A stretch of 46,484 bases of DNA from a bacterium (lineage in GTDB: Bacteria; Hydrothermota; 32-111), in NCBI GenBank assembly GCA_050239825.1, contig JBFXGO010000015.1, positions 1-46,484 on the forward strand, in the 5' to 3' direction. Of this stretch, positions 10,352 to 20,659 are shown piece by piece. Made by a program: the position numbers and the translations under genes. Within the stretch, counting starts at the first letter, position 1. The number at the start of each line of letters is the position of its first letter. The notes beneath the pieces were generated by a model. It saw nothing but the letters and a program-made list of their open reading frames with translations, was not told where the DNA came from and made no database searches.

Positions 10352-11161
10352 TTATATTGAAATTAGCTTTGCTTTAAAATTGTGCTTCAAAATACGACAG
10401 TCAATAAAATATATGCCGGACTTTAAAGAAACATTATTTAAAACCGCCTCCGAATTCTTAAAAATCATTTTATCCGAAACAACTTCTCTTCCCGACAAAT
10501 CATAAATCGATATCTCTGCGACTCCGCTTACGGGAGCATCAGTGTGAAAAAATATATCTTTATTATTCAAATAAGCAAAGATTTTGTATTTATTGAATTG
10601 CACCTCTTTTGATTCAGAGATGCCGACTGCAACTACTGTATCATTGTATAATTCTATGAAATTGTAAAGATAGTTTCCTGTTTCGGCAGTATCCGTAAAT
10701 TCTGTTATAACCATTCCCTCTTTAAAGCCCCCGCCGTAAAAAACTCCGGGCGAAGCACTGCTTGACGGAAGAACCGTAAATGTGAAGACATTTGAAGAGT
10801 CTCTCTGCATACACTTATCGCTGTTGAAAGAACGAGGCATTGTAGTATCCTGCAAAACTTTGAAACTGTCATAAAGGGAGTATGTCTCTCTTCCGTTATT
10901 CTGCGGAATGACTGGAGAGACAGAGTCAAGAAATATTACATTTGCGCCCAGAGTTACTCCCCAGAATGACTCAAACTCTTGCTGTGTCTTGTTCCCTCTG
11001 CAAATAATCAGATAATTGCCTTCGGGAATGAGTAGGTCTCCGAAAGTGTAAGTTATCGCGGAACTGTCCTGAACCAACTGCCAGCCGTTGAGATTTATGT
11101 CTTCGGATATGATATTCAAAGAGAGAATAAAGACTGAAACCAAAAAAAGAAAAATCTTCAT
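10352..11161 (-). CDS. Secreted protein with a lamin-tail-like N-domain and a T9SS type A-like C-terminal domain
   Basis: Signal peptide; INLNGWQL...YTFG..IPEGNYLII; C-terminal ISIYDLSGREV...LKSGIYFI. Confidence 0.65.
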   Translation of the reverse strand: MKIFLFLVSVFILSLNIISEDINLNGWQLVQDSSAITYTFGDLLIPEGNYLIICRGNKTQQEFESFWGVTLGANVIFLDSVSPVIPQNNGRETYSLYDSFKVLQDTTMPRSFNSDKCMQRDSSNVFTFTVLPSSSASPGVFYGGGFKEGMVITEFTDTAETGNYLYNFIELYNDTVVAVGISESKEVQFNKYKIFAYLNNKDIFFHTDAPVSGVAEISIYDLSGREVVSDKMIFKNSEAVLNNVSLKSGIYFIDCRILKHNFKAKLISI

Positions 11162-11252
11162 ATTTCCTCCTTTTTTGAAATTTTATACCAAAAAAACCAA
11201 AAAAACAAGACGCACCCCTTTACTTTTAACTGTAGTTTAATATCATTGTTGT

Positions 11253-12422
11253 ATGAAAATTCTTGACAGAATGATAATAAAGGAGTTCATACCCAATTTC
11301 ATATCATCCCTTGTGATACTTGTATTTGTTCTTATCTTGAACAGAATCTTTGAACTGATAAACATGATAGTCGCCAAGCATGTCGAAGTAATGATAGTCG
11401 TGAAGCTTTTTCTCTACAATCTTCCGTTTATAGTTTTTCTGACAATACCTATGGCAGTGCTTGTTGCATCAATAATAACATTCGGGCGGCTTTCGTCAGA
11501 CTTTGAAATTACGGCAATGCGCTCTGCCGGCATAAATGTAGTGAGGAATGTATTCTTCCTTTTCGGCTTTTCTGCGCTTCTCTTCGGGGTGGCATTCTTC
11601 TTTGCAGATGTTGTAGTGCCTCAGTCAAATCATAATGTGAGGAACATACTCTCGCAGATAGTAAAGATGAGGCCTGCGGTTTCAATTGAAGAGAAAGTTA
11701 TGAAATGGTCATACGACAACAAGACAAGATTTTATTTTGAAGAGATATATGAAGACAACACATTTTCAAATTGCAGGGTCTTTCAGGAAAATGCGGCAAT
11801 ATCCTGCAACAAAGGAAAGATAATTGCCGGAGAAAACGAACATGAGGTGTTCATAAAAATGAATGACGGAATGATGCTTGAGAATGAGAGCGGCGGGGAA
11901 TTCCGCACTACTGATTTCAAAGAGCTGATTTTGAAGCTGAAGATGTCCGAAACAATAGAGGAAAAATCCAGAAATGAGCGCGGAGACAGAGAGATGAATA
12001 TAGCAATGCTCATTGCAAACATCAAGGCGATAGAGGCATCGTACGAGGGTAAAAATGCAAGAGACCAGCAGGAGAGAAAGAAAAGGTCTGTTTACAGAAA
12101 TTTAACCGAGATACATAAAAAGTTTTCTATATCATTCGGAGTCTTTGCTTTTGTTCTCTTGGGTTCCATAATCGGAATATCTTTGAAAAAATCCTCCCTC
12201 GCTCTCGGTTTCACAATTTCTACAGTTCTGTTTGTCATCTATTACATGATGCTGGTGCTTGGAGAGCAGATGGCGGACAAGGGCGCCGCCAACCCGGCTG
12301 TTTCAATCTGGTTTCCCAACTATATAACTCTCTTGGTATGCGCAATCCTAATTTACAGGCTGATGAACAGGGTGGAGCCGATAAGCTTCGACTTTTTGGA
12401 GAGATTTAGGAGAGGAAAATGA
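11253..12422 (+). CDS. lptF: LPS export ABC permease, LptF family
   Basis: MKILDR start, FGRLSSDFEITAMRSAG, EIHKKFS, WFPN; 3+3 TM layout. F versus G assigned by gene order. Confidence 0.8.
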   Translation: MKILDRMIIKEFIPNFISSLVILVFVLILNRIFELINMIVAKHVEVMIVVKLFLYNLPFIVFLTIPMAVLVASIITFGRLSSDFEITAMRSAGINVVRNVFFLFGFSALLFGVAFFFADVVVPQSNHNVRNILSQIVKMRPAVSIEEKVMKWSYDNKTRFYFEEIYEDNTFSNCRVFQENAAISCNKGKIIAGENEHEVFIKMNDGMMLENESGGEFRTTDFKELILKLKMSETIEEKSRNERGDREMNIAMLIANIKAIEASYEGKNARDQQERKKRSVYRNLTEIHKKFSISFGVFAFVLLGSIIGISLKKSSLALGFTISTVLFVIYYMMLVLGEQMADKGAANPAVSIWFPNYITLLVCAILIYRLMNRVEPISFDFLERFRRGK

Positions 12423-13486
12423 AGATTCTTGACAGGCATTTGATGAAGAATTTTTTATTTTTCCTTTTTGCAGGCACACTGCTTTTCATATTTATATTCC
12501 TTATTGTGGATATGTCGGACAATCTCACATCATATATTGAAAGCGGAAGAAGGGGAAAAGAGATTTTTCTGATATATTTCTATCAGATACCTTCGCTTAT
12601 ACTGCTTCTGTTTCCCATAGGGGGGCTTGTTGCATTGTTCTTTACTGTGGGCATGATGGTGAGGAATAATGAACTGACTGCGGTAAAGGCGGCGGGAATA
12701 TCAATGTACAGATTCATGACTCCGATATTTATTCTCGTGTTTGCACTCTCCGTTATTCTATTTTTGTTTAATGAGACTGCGGTTGTGAAATCCAACAAAA
12801 GGTACAGGGAGATAAAAGAGCATGAGATATTTGCTCTTGTCAATTCACGCGATTTTGTGGTTTTTCAGGACAAAAGAACAATTTTCAAAGGAGAATTCTT
12901 TTCTGCTAAGACAGGCAAACTGTCAAAACCTGAGCTTTATTTTTTCAGGGAAGACGGGAGGATAGAGCGAAAGATAAAGGGAGAGACGGGATTTTACAAT
13001 AACGGGATTTGGTATTTTGAAAAGGCGACGGATATATCAATGAAGATGGGTGAAGAGAAGATTACTGCGCATGAGAGCATGGAGATGATTTCGCTTTTGA
13101 ATATCAAACCGGAGGAGATACTTATAGACAGGAATAATACAGACATATATTCCATAAAAAGCATTATGAATACGATAAATTCAATAAAAAAGAGCGGATA
13201 TGAGTACAGAAAACATTCTACTGAGATAGCATACAGATTCTACTATATTCTGGTGAATTTAATAATAATTCTTATCGGTTCAAGTTTTGTAATAAACATC
13301 AAAAATACGGGTATTGCATTCGGATTATCTTTGTCGATATTGATAAGTTTTATTTACTGGGGGTTTCTGCAGGGCTTCAGATCTGCCGCCGAAAGCGGAG
13401 GAGGGAATGCATTTCTGCTTCTTCTCGTTCCAAACATCATCTTCATTATAGTCGGTTCTATGCTGTTTGTATACGCAAGAAAATAG
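12419..13486 (+). CDS. lptG: LPS export ABC permease, LptG family
   Basis: NNELTAVKAAGIS motif; ATGA overlap with lptF; same topology. Confidence 0.8.
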   Translation: MKILDRHLMKNFLFFLFAGTLLFIFIFLIVDMSDNLTSYIESGRRGKEIFLIYFYQIPSLILLLFPIGGLVALFFTVGMMVRNNELTAVKAAGISMYRFMTPIFILVFALSVILFLFNETAVVKSNKRYREIKEHEIFALVNSRDFVVFQDKRTIFKGEFFSAKTGKLSKPELYFFREDGRIERKIKGETGFYNNGIWYFEKATDISMKMGEEKITAHESMEMISLLNIKPEEILIDRNNTDIYSIKSIMNTINSIKKSGYEYRKHSTEIAYRFYYILVNLIIILIGSSFVINIKNTGIAFGLSLSILISFIYWGFLQGFRSAAESGGGNAFLLLLVPNIIFIIVGSMLFVYARK

Positions 13487-13553
13487 AATCAGTGATTTCT
13501 GTTGTTTTTCATTGAAAAAAGAGAAAATTAGTTTATTATATAATAGTAAGTTC

Positions 13554-13889
13554 GGGGGCGAAATTGGTCTCGACAGGGAGAGCCGTTGTGCAGGGGAAGC
13601 ATGCCGAGATTGCTGGGGTCTCGTAAAACACCGGCAAAAAAACAAACGGCGAAAATCTCGCAATCGCTGCTTAATGCAGCAGGGTTTACCGCTTCTTGTC
13701 AGGAGTTTCGGATAAACCCTCATTAACCTGACTGCTGGCGCGCTCTGCCGCGAAGCGCGCACTAAGATTAGCGGCAAAACTCTCTTCAAGTTGCACTGCG
13801 CGCGGAGAGAGTAAACAGGCAGTGCTAAGCATGTAGAAGGACTGCTCCACTCTCTTTGGACGCGGGTTCAACTCCCGCCGCCTCCACCA
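13554..13889 (+). ncRNA. ssrA: tmRNA, tag (A)GENLAIAA
   Basis: 5' GGGGGCG pairs with 3' CGCCTCC-ACCA and includes the G3:U wobble; T-arm GCGGG-TTCAACT-CCCGC; tag ORF 13648-13674 ends ALA-like IAA-stop. Confidence 0.96.
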
Positions 13890-13894
13890 TCTAT

Positions 13895-14107
13895 AGGGAC
13901 GGTGGTTGAAATAGTTGCAATTTTTAAGTCTGATCATTCAAATCATCTCTATTAATGCTGATTTTAAGCGATGCTGCTGTTTTTTCCGTGCTCACTTTTA
14001 AATTTTTTATTGTCAAATTATAATTGGTCCATTAATCATACAATGTGCCTGTTAATAATATATCCAATGTGATTTTTGTCACTTCAACTATTTCAACCAC
14101 CGTCCCT
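13895..14107. mobile_element. MITE-like non-coding element with perfect 23-bp terminal inverted repeats
   Basis: AGGGACGGTGGTTGAAATAGTTG (13895-13917) and its exact reverse complement (14085-14107); AT-rich interior. Confidence 0.65.
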
Positions 14108-14176
14108 GTATAAGTAAGTATTGACAGGGTGGGGAATTTTTGCAATACTTAGCGATATTTTTTTACAGGAGGTTTG

Positions 14177-15019
14177 ATGACTTTAATTATAAAAAAAGAG
14201 ACGCATGGAAAGAATATTCATAAATTTGTCATCAAATCGCCTCTAATAGCCAGAAAGACCAAGCCGGGTCAGTTCGTTGTGATAAGAGCATTCGAAAATG
14301 CCGAAAGAATACCCATAACAATATCCGACACTGATAGAGATAACGGCACAATAACGCTTTTCATACAGGAAGTCGGCACTTCCACATCAAAGATAGGAAC
14401 ATTAAAGGAAGGAGAATCTTTTCTTGACATTGCCGGTCCTCTCGGGCGTCCTGCGCATATTGAGAATGTAGGGTCTGTCATAACAATCGGCGGAGGTGTG
14501 GGCAGCGCAATCACTTATCCGGAGACCAAAGCGTATAAAAATGCGGGGAATTATGTTGTTTCCATAATGGGATTCAGAAGCAGAGAGAATATTATTCTTG
14601 AAAATGAAATGAAGAAGGTTGCTGATGAAGTTTATATCACTACGGATGACGGAACATACGGTGAAAGAGGTTTTGTATCTGATAAACTGAAAGAAATAAT
14701 CGGCAGGGGCGGGAAAATTGATGAAGTGCTAGTCATCGGTCCTGCAATTATGATGAAAGTTGTTTCGGATATCACCAAAGAATACAAGATAAAGACTATA
14801 GCTTCTCTCAACTCAATAATGGTTGACGGAACCGGAATGTGCGGAGCGTGCAGGGTTGAGGTCGGAGGAAAGACTAAATTTGCATGTGTTGACGGACCCG
14901 AGTTTGACGCGCACGAAGTTGATTTTGATCTTCTGATGAAGAGAATAAATATGTATTCGGATGAAGAAAAGGAATCATTGGATAAATTCAAAAAAAGGCA
15001 AAATAATGGCGAAAAATAA
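14177..15019 (+). CDS. nfnA: Electron-bifurcating transhydrogenase NfnA / ferredoxin-NADP+ reductase small subunit
   Basis: PGQFV, ERIPITI, GPLG, IGGGVG, MVDGTGMCGACRV, ACVDGPEFD ([2Fe-2S]). Confidence 0.9.
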   Translation: MTLIIKKETHGKNIHKFVIKSPLIARKTKPGQFVVIRAFENAERIPITISDTDRDNGTITLFIQEVGTSTSKIGTLKEGESFLDIAGPLGRPAHIENVGSVITIGGGVGSAITYPETKAYKNAGNYVVSIMGFRSRENIILENEMKKVADEVYITTDDGTYGERGFVSDKLKEIIGRGGKIDEVLVIGPAIMMKVVSDITKEYKIKTIASLNSIMVDGTGMCGACRVEVGGKTKFACVDGPEFDAHEVDFDLLMKRINMYSDEEKESLDKFKKRQNNGEK

Positions 15020-16397
15020 AATCAGAATAGAGATGCCCAAACAGAGTGCCGAAGAGAGAAATAGAAATTTCGAAGAGGTTGCTCTTGGATATACTGAAGA
15101 GATGGCTCTTTTGGAAGCGGAAAGATGTTTGGAATGCAAGAATCCTTTGTGTGTCGAGGGCTGTCCGGTAAATGTCCAGATTCCTCAATTTATAAGACTC
15201 ATAAAGGATAAAAAATATACCGAAGCTGCCATGAAGATAAAAGAGACAAATTCTCTTCCGTCAGTGTGTGGAAGAGTCTGCCCTCAGGAAGATCAGTGCG
15301 AAGAAAAGTGCATACTTTCTAAAGCGGGAAAACCGGTTGCCATAGGCCGGCTGGAAAGGTTCGTGGGAGATTATATTTTAAATGAAACGAAAAACACCTG
15401 CTCAGTGAAAATTATGTCTGAAGATAAAAAAGTTGCAATAGTAGGTTCCGGCCCCGGCGGTCTTATATGCGCCGCAGACCTTTCTATGATGGGTTATGAA
15501 GTCACTATCTTTGAAGCTCTCCATGAAGCGGGCGGTGTTCTTGTATATGGCATACCGGAATTTCGTCTGCCCAAAAAAATCGTCAAATCTGAGGTTGAAT
15601 ACCTGAAATCAATCGGCGTTAAATTTGAAATGAATGTGATTGTGGGAAAGACCATCACACTTCAAGACCTTTTCGAAGCTGGATACAAAGCTATATACCT
15701 CGGTCTCGGAGCCGGTCTGCCTAAATTCATGAATATCCCGGGAGAAAATCTGCTTTCAATTTACTCAGCCAATGAGTATCTGACGCGCACAAATCTCATG
15801 AAATCATACAAATTTCCGGATTATGACACTCCGATAAAAAAAGGCAAAAGAGTGGCGGTTATAGGAGGAGGAAATGTTGCCATGGATGCTGTAAGGAGCG
15901 CTCTTCGATATGGCGCGTCCGAAGCCATGATTATTTACAGAAGATCAAAGGAGGAGCTTCCTGCAAGAGCCGAAGAGATTGAGAATGCAGAGGAGGAGGG
16001 AGTGAAGTTTCACTTTTTGGTGAATCCTCTGGGGTTTATTGGAGATGATGAGGGATTTGTGAGGCACATAAAGCTTCAGAAGATGGAGCTTAAAGAGGCG
16101 GATTCTTCAGGCAGGAGAAGGCCTGTTCCCGTTAAGGGAAGCGATTTTCTCTTTGATGTAGATGTGGTTGTAGTTGCAATAGGACAAACTGCGAATCCGG
16201 TTCTTTTGGAAGTTACACCTGAAGTGAAAACAAATAAATGGGGAAATATAGAGGTGTTTGACGAGTGGGGACAGACATCAATGAAGGGTGTCTTTGCAGG
16301 TGGAGATATCGTCACCGGTGAAGCCACGGTAATTCAGGCAATGGGAGCAGGAAAGAAGTCGGCTGTCGGAATAGATAAATACATTAAGTCATTGTAA
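15006..16397 (+). CDS. nfnB: NfnB (GltD-like flavoprotein with two [4Fe-4S] clusters)
   Basis: RCLECKNPLCVEGCPV, CGRVCPQEDQCE, GSGPGG, YGIPEFRLP, GGGNVAMD, FAGGD. Paired with nfnA; no GltB in the window. Confidence 0.88.
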   Translation: MAKNKIRIEMPKQSAEERNRNFEEVALGYTEEMALLEAERCLECKNPLCVEGCPVNVQIPQFIRLIKDKKYTEAAMKIKETNSLPSVCGRVCPQEDQCEEKCILSKAGKPVAIGRLERFVGDYILNETKNTCSVKIMSEDKKVAIVGSGPGGLICAADLSMMGYEVTIFEALHEAGGVLVYGIPEFRLPKKIVKSEVEYLKSIGVKFEMNVIVGKTITLQDLFEAGYKAIYLGLGAGLPKFMNIPGENLLSIYSANEYLTRTNLMKSYKFPDYDTPIKKGKRVAVIGGGNVAMDAVRSALRYGASEAMIIYRRSKEELPARAEEIENAEEEGVKFHFLVNPLGFIGDDEGFVRHIKLQKMELKEADSSGRRRPVPVKGSDFLFDVDVVVVAIGQTANPVLLEVTPEVKTNKWGNIEVFDEWGQTSMKGVFAGGDIVTGEATVIQAMGAGKKSAVGIDKYIKSL

Positions 16398-16416
16398 GAA
16401 ATTAATTTAAGGAATA

Positions 16417-16449
16417 AAAAAAAAGGGCGGCTTGTGCCGCCCCTTTTTT
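16417..16449. terminator. Bidirectional intrinsic terminator
   Basis: A-tract, GGGCGGC-ttgt-GCCGCCC, then T-tract, between convergent nfnB and gdhA. Confidence 0.9.
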
Positions 16450-16466
16450 ATGGTATGAAATTACTA

Positions 16467-17807
16467 TTATACATGCCCCTGATCAATCATTGAATCGGCA
16501 ACTTTAAGGAATCCTGCAATGTTTGCTCCATTGACATAATTTCCCGGTGTGCCGAACTTCTCAGCCGCATTGACGCAAGCTGAATGTATGTTGATCATTA
16601 TGTTATGCAATTTTTGGTCGACCTCTTCGCTTGTCCAGTTGTAACGCATAGAATTCTGTGACATTTCAAGACCGCTTGTTGCTACTCCGCCTGCGTTTGA
16701 TGCCTTTCCGGGCGAGAAGAGCACTTTTGCGTCTGTGAATGCGCTGATTGCTTCAGGTGTAGATGACATGTTCGAACCTTCAACTACGCATATGCACCCG
16801 TTTTTAAGAAGAGTTTTTGCCTCATCGCCATTGAGTTCGTTCTGTGTCGCGCAGGGAAGCGCTATGTCGACTTTCTCTTCCCAAGGTCTCTTTCCTTCTA
16901 CAAACTTTACCTTGAACTTGTCGGCATAATCCTTAACCTTGTCGCGTCCCGATGATCTCATTTCAAGCATATACTCTATCTTTTCTCCCTTGACTCCGTC
17001 TGCATCATAAATATATCCGTCAGGTCCGGAAATTGTTACAACCTTTGCCCCGAGCTGATTGGCTTTAATTGCCGCGCCCCATGCAACATTTCCAAAACCG
17101 CTAATTGCAACCTTCTTTCCTTCAAGCGACTGTTTCTTTGTTTTGAGCATTTCATTTGCAAAATAGACTACTCCGAATCCTGTCGCCTCTGGTCTTATCA
17201 GTGATCCGCCCCAGTTGCGGCCTTTTCCTGTAAGAACTCCGGTGAACTCATTCTTTAATCTCTTATACTGCCCGAACATAAAACCTATCTCTCTTCCGCC
17301 TACGCCGATGTCGCCAGCCGGCACATCTGTGTCGGGTCCTATGTGTCTGAAGAGTTCTGTCATAAATGACTGGCAGAAACGCATTACTTCACCTTCTGAT
17401 TTGCCTCTTGGGTCAAAATCACTGCCGCCCTTTCCTCCGCCCATAGGAAGACCTGTGAGAGAGTTCTTGAAAATCTGTTCAAAACCCAAGAATTTGAGAA
17501 TTGAAAGATTGACTGACTGGTGGAATCTTAGTCCGCCCTTATAGGGACCTATTGCTGAGTTAAATTCAATTCTGTAACCTCTGTTAACCTGAAAAGCTCC
17601 CTTATCATCTGTCCATGGAACTCTGAACATGATTGTTCTTTCCGGCTCGACGATTCTCTCAAGAATGCTGTTCTTCTGATACTTCGGCTCTTTGTCCATC
17701 ACTACTGATAGTGACTCGAGAACCTCTGTAGCTGCCTGCAAAAACTCCTTTTCCCAAGGATATTTCTGTTTCAGCTCATCAATGACCTTACTTACGTAAG
17801 AGTTCAT
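16467..17807 (-). CDS. gdhA: NADP-specific glutamate dehydrogenase
   Basis: GPYKGGLRF, MGGGKGGSDFDP, DVPAGDIGVG, RPEATGFG, GANIAGF. Confidence 0.97.
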   Translation of the reverse strand: MNSYVSKVIDELKQKYPWEKEFLQAATEVLESLSVVMDKEPKYQKNSILERIVEPERTIMFRVPWTDDKGAFQVNRGYRIEFNSAIGPYKGGLRFHQSVNLSILKFLGFEQIFKNSLTGLPMGGGKGGSDFDPRGKSEGEVMRFCQSFMTELFRHIGPDTDVPAGDIGVGGREIGFMFGQYKRLKNEFTGVLTGKGRNWGGSLIRPEATGFGVVYFANEMLKTKKQSLEGKKVAISGFGNVAWGAAIKANQLGAKVVTISGPDGYIYDADGVKGEKIEYMLEMRSSGRDKVKDYADKFKVKFVEGKRPWEEKVDIALPCATQNELNGDEAKTLLKNGCICVVEGSNMSSTPEAISAFTDAKVLFSPGKASNAGGVATSGLEMSQNSMRYNWTSEEVDQKLHNIMINIHSACVNAAEKFGTPGNYVNGANIAGFLKVADSMIDQGHV

Positions 17808-17928
17808 GCAAGACCTCCTATATCTGTTTTACTCTAACTAATGTAAATTACTTTAAGCAACTTAAATGCAAAAAGTTTTCAGAGAATATATTATATCATT
17901 TAATATTTAAGTCAAGAGGGGGAGGGGG

Positions 17929-17956
17929 TTGACAAGATTGAAAAATATGTTATATT
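17929..17956 (+). promoter_or_regulatory. Sigma70-like promoter of the rrf2-iscS operon
   Basis: TTGACA (17929-34), 16 nt including TG, then TATATT (17951-56). Confidence 0.6.
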
Positions 17957-17976
17957 TAACCAAAAAGGTATAATAT

Positions 17977-18405
17977 ATGAAGATAACAAAAAAAGTCGGT
18001 TGCGCAGTCTCAATACTCACGGTCATTGGAAGAAGAGGCGGAGATGTTGTGCCTGTTAAGTTGATAGCCCTTGAATCATCATTCTCTGAGCCATTCACCA
18101 GAAAAGTAATACATGACCTTGAAAGATTGGGATATGTAGCGAGTGTTATGGGGCCGAAGGGCGGGTATGCCCTTAAAAGAGACCCTTCCGACATAAATCT
18201 TGACCTTCTTTTAAATGATCTTGAGGACAAGAAAGAGATGATTGAATGCGTTTACAACAAATCATGCACAATGCACAAAGGGTGTATGATAAACTTCACT
18301 ATGCATAAATTGAACAGGGATGTCAGGAGTGTATTTAAAAAATATACAATAGAGGATTTTATAAAAGGAGTTGAAAATGGACAAGATTATTTACTTGGAC
18401 AATAA
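17977..18405 (+). CDS. Rrf2-family regulator (IscR-like)
   Basis: wHTH ending GPKGGYAL; C-x5-C-x5-C cluster motif; upstream of the cysteine desulfurase. Confidence 0.85.
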   Translation: MKITKKVGCAVSILTVIGRRGGDVVPVKLIALESSFSEPFTRKVIHDLERLGYVASVMGPKGGYALKRDPSDINLDLLLNDLEDKKEMIECVYNKSCTMHKGCMINFTMHKLNRDVRSVFKKYTIEDFIKGVENGQDYLLGQ

Positions 18406-19531
18406 CGCTACCACGAGAGTTGACGATTCGGTTGTCAGCGAGATGGCAAAATATTTTACGGAGGAGTATGGAAACCCTTCCTCATTATACACTTTGGGAG
18501 CAAAGGCGAGAGAGGCGATTGAAAATTCAAGAAAGAGAGTCGCGGGAATACTAAACTGTGAAGCGCGGGATGTTTTTTTCACAGGTTCGGGAACCGAGTC
18601 TGACAACATTGCAATAAAGGGCGTAGCGAGAAGATATAAAAACAAGGGAACCCACATCATCACATCCGCCATTGAGCATCACGCTGTCCTGAAATCAGTG
18701 GAGCAGCTATCGAAGGAGGGATTTACCTTCGACATTGCAAGAGTGGGTGAAGACGGAATAGTTGATATTGAGCATTTAAAATCACTAATAAAACCGGAGA
18801 CAATTCTTATATCTGTAATGTATGCAAATAATGAGACAGGAGCAATACAACCGATTGAAGAGATAGGAAAATTAGCGAAAGAGAAGGGAATATACTTTCA
18901 CACGGATGCAGTGCAGGCGGCAGGAAAGCTTTCACTCGATGTGAAGAAGCTGAATGTGGATATGCTCTCTCTCTCAGGGCATAAGTTTCATGCGCCCAAA
19001 GGCGTGGGAATACTCTACAAAAGAACAGGAATCAATCCTATTCCTCTCTTTCATGGAGGACATCAGGAATTGGCACTCAGGCCATCGACAGAAAACATTC
19101 CGTATATTGCGGGAATCGCGCTTGCTCTTGAAAATGCTGACAGAGAGATAGAGCAACATAAAAAGGTTCAGAGCGGTCTCAAAGAGAGGCTTAAAAAGGG
19201 TCTTGTGGGAAGCATAGATAAAATACTTGTCAACACGCCGGAAAAGAGCGTATTCAATACTTTAAATGTGTCATTTGTCGGGATAGAGGGAGAGTCGATA
19301 CTCTTCTCACTTGATGAATACGGCATTGCAGTCTCGACAGGCTCTGCATGCACTTCAGGAAGCCTCTCCCCAAGCCATGTTCTTCTCGCCATGGGCAGAA
19401 ACCACACGACAAGCCACGGGTCAGTGAGATTTTCGATGAGCAAATACACGACTGAAGAGGACATCGACTTCACTATCGAGAAGGTGAAATCCGTGGTGGA
19501 AAAAATCAGAAAAATTTCACCATACAAATAG
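18377..19531 (+). CDS. iscS: Cysteine desulfurase (NifS/IscS)
   Basis: YLDNNATT, GSGTESDN, HTDAVQ, SGHKFHAPKG (PLP lysine), STGSACTS. Confidence 0.93.
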   Translation: MDKIIYLDNNATTRVDDSVVSEMAKYFTEEYGNPSSLYTLGAKAREAIENSRKRVAGILNCEARDVFFTGSGTESDNIAIKGVARRYKNKGTHIITSAIEHHAVLKSVEQLSKEGFTFDIARVGEDGIVDIEHLKSLIKPETILISVMYANNETGAIQPIEEIGKLAKEKGIYFHTDAVQAAGKLSLDVKKLNVDMLSLSGHKFHAPKGVGILYKRTGINPIPLFHGGHQELALRPSTENIPYIAGIALALENADREIEQHKKVQSGLKERLKKGLVGSIDKILVNTPEKSVFNTLNVSFVGIEGESILFSLDEYGIAVSTGSACTSGSLSPSHVLLAMGRNHTTSHGSVRFSMSKYTTEEDIDFTIEKVKSVVEKIRKISPYK

Positions 19532-19539
19532 GAGAGATC

Positions 19540-19929
19540 ATGTATAGTCAAACAGTGATGGACCATTTCAGGAATCCGCATAATGTGGGCAAAATGGAGA
19601 ATCCGTCCGGCGTTGGAAAGGTCGGAAATCCTCAGTGCGGCGATGAGATGGTGATATATATCAAGGTGGAGAACAATGTGATTGTTGATGTCTCTTTTGA
19701 AACATTCGGCTGTGTTGCGGCAATTGCATCATCTTCAATTACAACAGACATGATAAAAGGAAAGACTCTTGAAGAGGCTCTTGCTCTCTCAAATAAAGAG
19801 GTGGCGGACAAATTAGGCGGACTTCCTCCGGTCAAGATGCACTGCTCAGTGCTTGCCGAGGACGGAATAAAAGCCGCAATAGATGACTATAAAAAGAGAG
19901 AGGAAGAGAAGAATGAGCAAAAAATTTGA
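19540..19929 (+). CDS. iscU: Fe-S scaffold protein (NifU-N/IscU)
   Basis: DHFRNPHN, GNPQCGD, FGCVAAIA, LPPVKMHCS. Confidence 0.93.
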   Translation: MYSQTVMDHFRNPHNVGKMENPSGVGKVGNPQCGDEMVIYIKVENNVIVDVSFETFGCVAAIASSSITTDMIKGKTLEEALALSNKEVADKLGGLPPVKMHCSVLAEDGIKAAIDDYKKREEEKNEQKI

Positions 19930-20659
19930 CTCACTGGAAAAAATAATCAAGAGACTCAGAAAAGAGTGCCCGTGGGACAAGAAGCAGACCCATAAGACTC
20001 TGCGAAAGTATGTTATTGAAGAGGCGCATGAGCTGACTGACGCGATTGACAAGGGTGACGATGAAAAAATAAAAGATGAGCTTGGAGATGTTCTGCTTCA
20101 GGTAATGCTTCATTCGGCAATTGCCGAGGAGAGAGGAAAATTCACGATAGACGATGTTATAGAGAATCTTGAAGAGAAGATGAAGAGGCGCCATCCCCAT
20201 ATATTTTCAAACGGCAAGGCAGATACTGCCAAGGATGTTCTGAAAAAATGGGTGGAGATAAAGAAGCTTGAAAAAAAGCACAAATCTGTGATGGATGAGG
20301 TGCCCAAATATCTTCCGGCATTGATTCTCTCGTCAAAAATCCAAAGGAGAGCATCAACAAAAAGATTCGAATGGGAGGATATAGGCGGAGTATTTGAGAA
20401 GATTGACGAAGAGGTCAATGAAATAAAACAGGCAAGGAACAAAAAGGAGAGGGAGGATGAGGTGGGTGATTTGCTCTTTACAGTGTCGCACCTTGCTAAT
20501 CGGCTTGGCGTTGACGGTGAGATGGCTTTGAAGGGAGCGACTCTCAAATTCGCCAAGAGATTTAAAAAGATGGAGCATTTAATAGAGAAGGACGGAAAGA
20601 ATCTTGAAAGCATGATTCTTCAAGAGATGGACGAGTATTGGAATAGAGCGAAAAGATGA
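19913..20659 (+). CDS. mazG: Nucleoside triphosphate pyrophosphohydrolase
   Basis: CPWDKKQTH, EEAHE, ELGDVLLQV, RRHPHIF, second domain EVGDLLF. Confidence 0.93.
   Translation: MSKKFDSLEKIIKRLRKECPWDKKQTHKTLRKYVIEEAHELTDAIDKGDDEKIKDELGDVLLQVMLHSAIAEERGKFTIDDVIENLEEKMKRRHPHIFSNGKADTAKDVLKKWVEIKKLEKKHKSVMDEVPKYLPALILSSKIQRRASTKRFEWEDIGGVFEKIDEEVNEIKQARNKKEREDEVGDLLFTVSHLANRLGVDGEMALKGATLKFAKRFKKMEHLIEKDGKNLESMILQEMDEYWNRAKR

Noticed and set aside
13860..13889. attR duplicate of the ssrA 3' end delimiting an integrated island
   Set aside because: No second copy was noticed in the window, and housekeeping genes resume at 14177.
13325..13937. ORFs 13325-13789, 13467-13715 and 13686-13937
   Set aside because: They overlap the tmRNA gene; WWRRRELNPRP is the typical antisense translation of a tRNA-like 3' end.
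15006..16397. Glutamate synthase small subunit (gltD)
   Set aside because: There is no large subunit nearby and the gene is coupled to an NfnA-type gene, so NfnB fits better.
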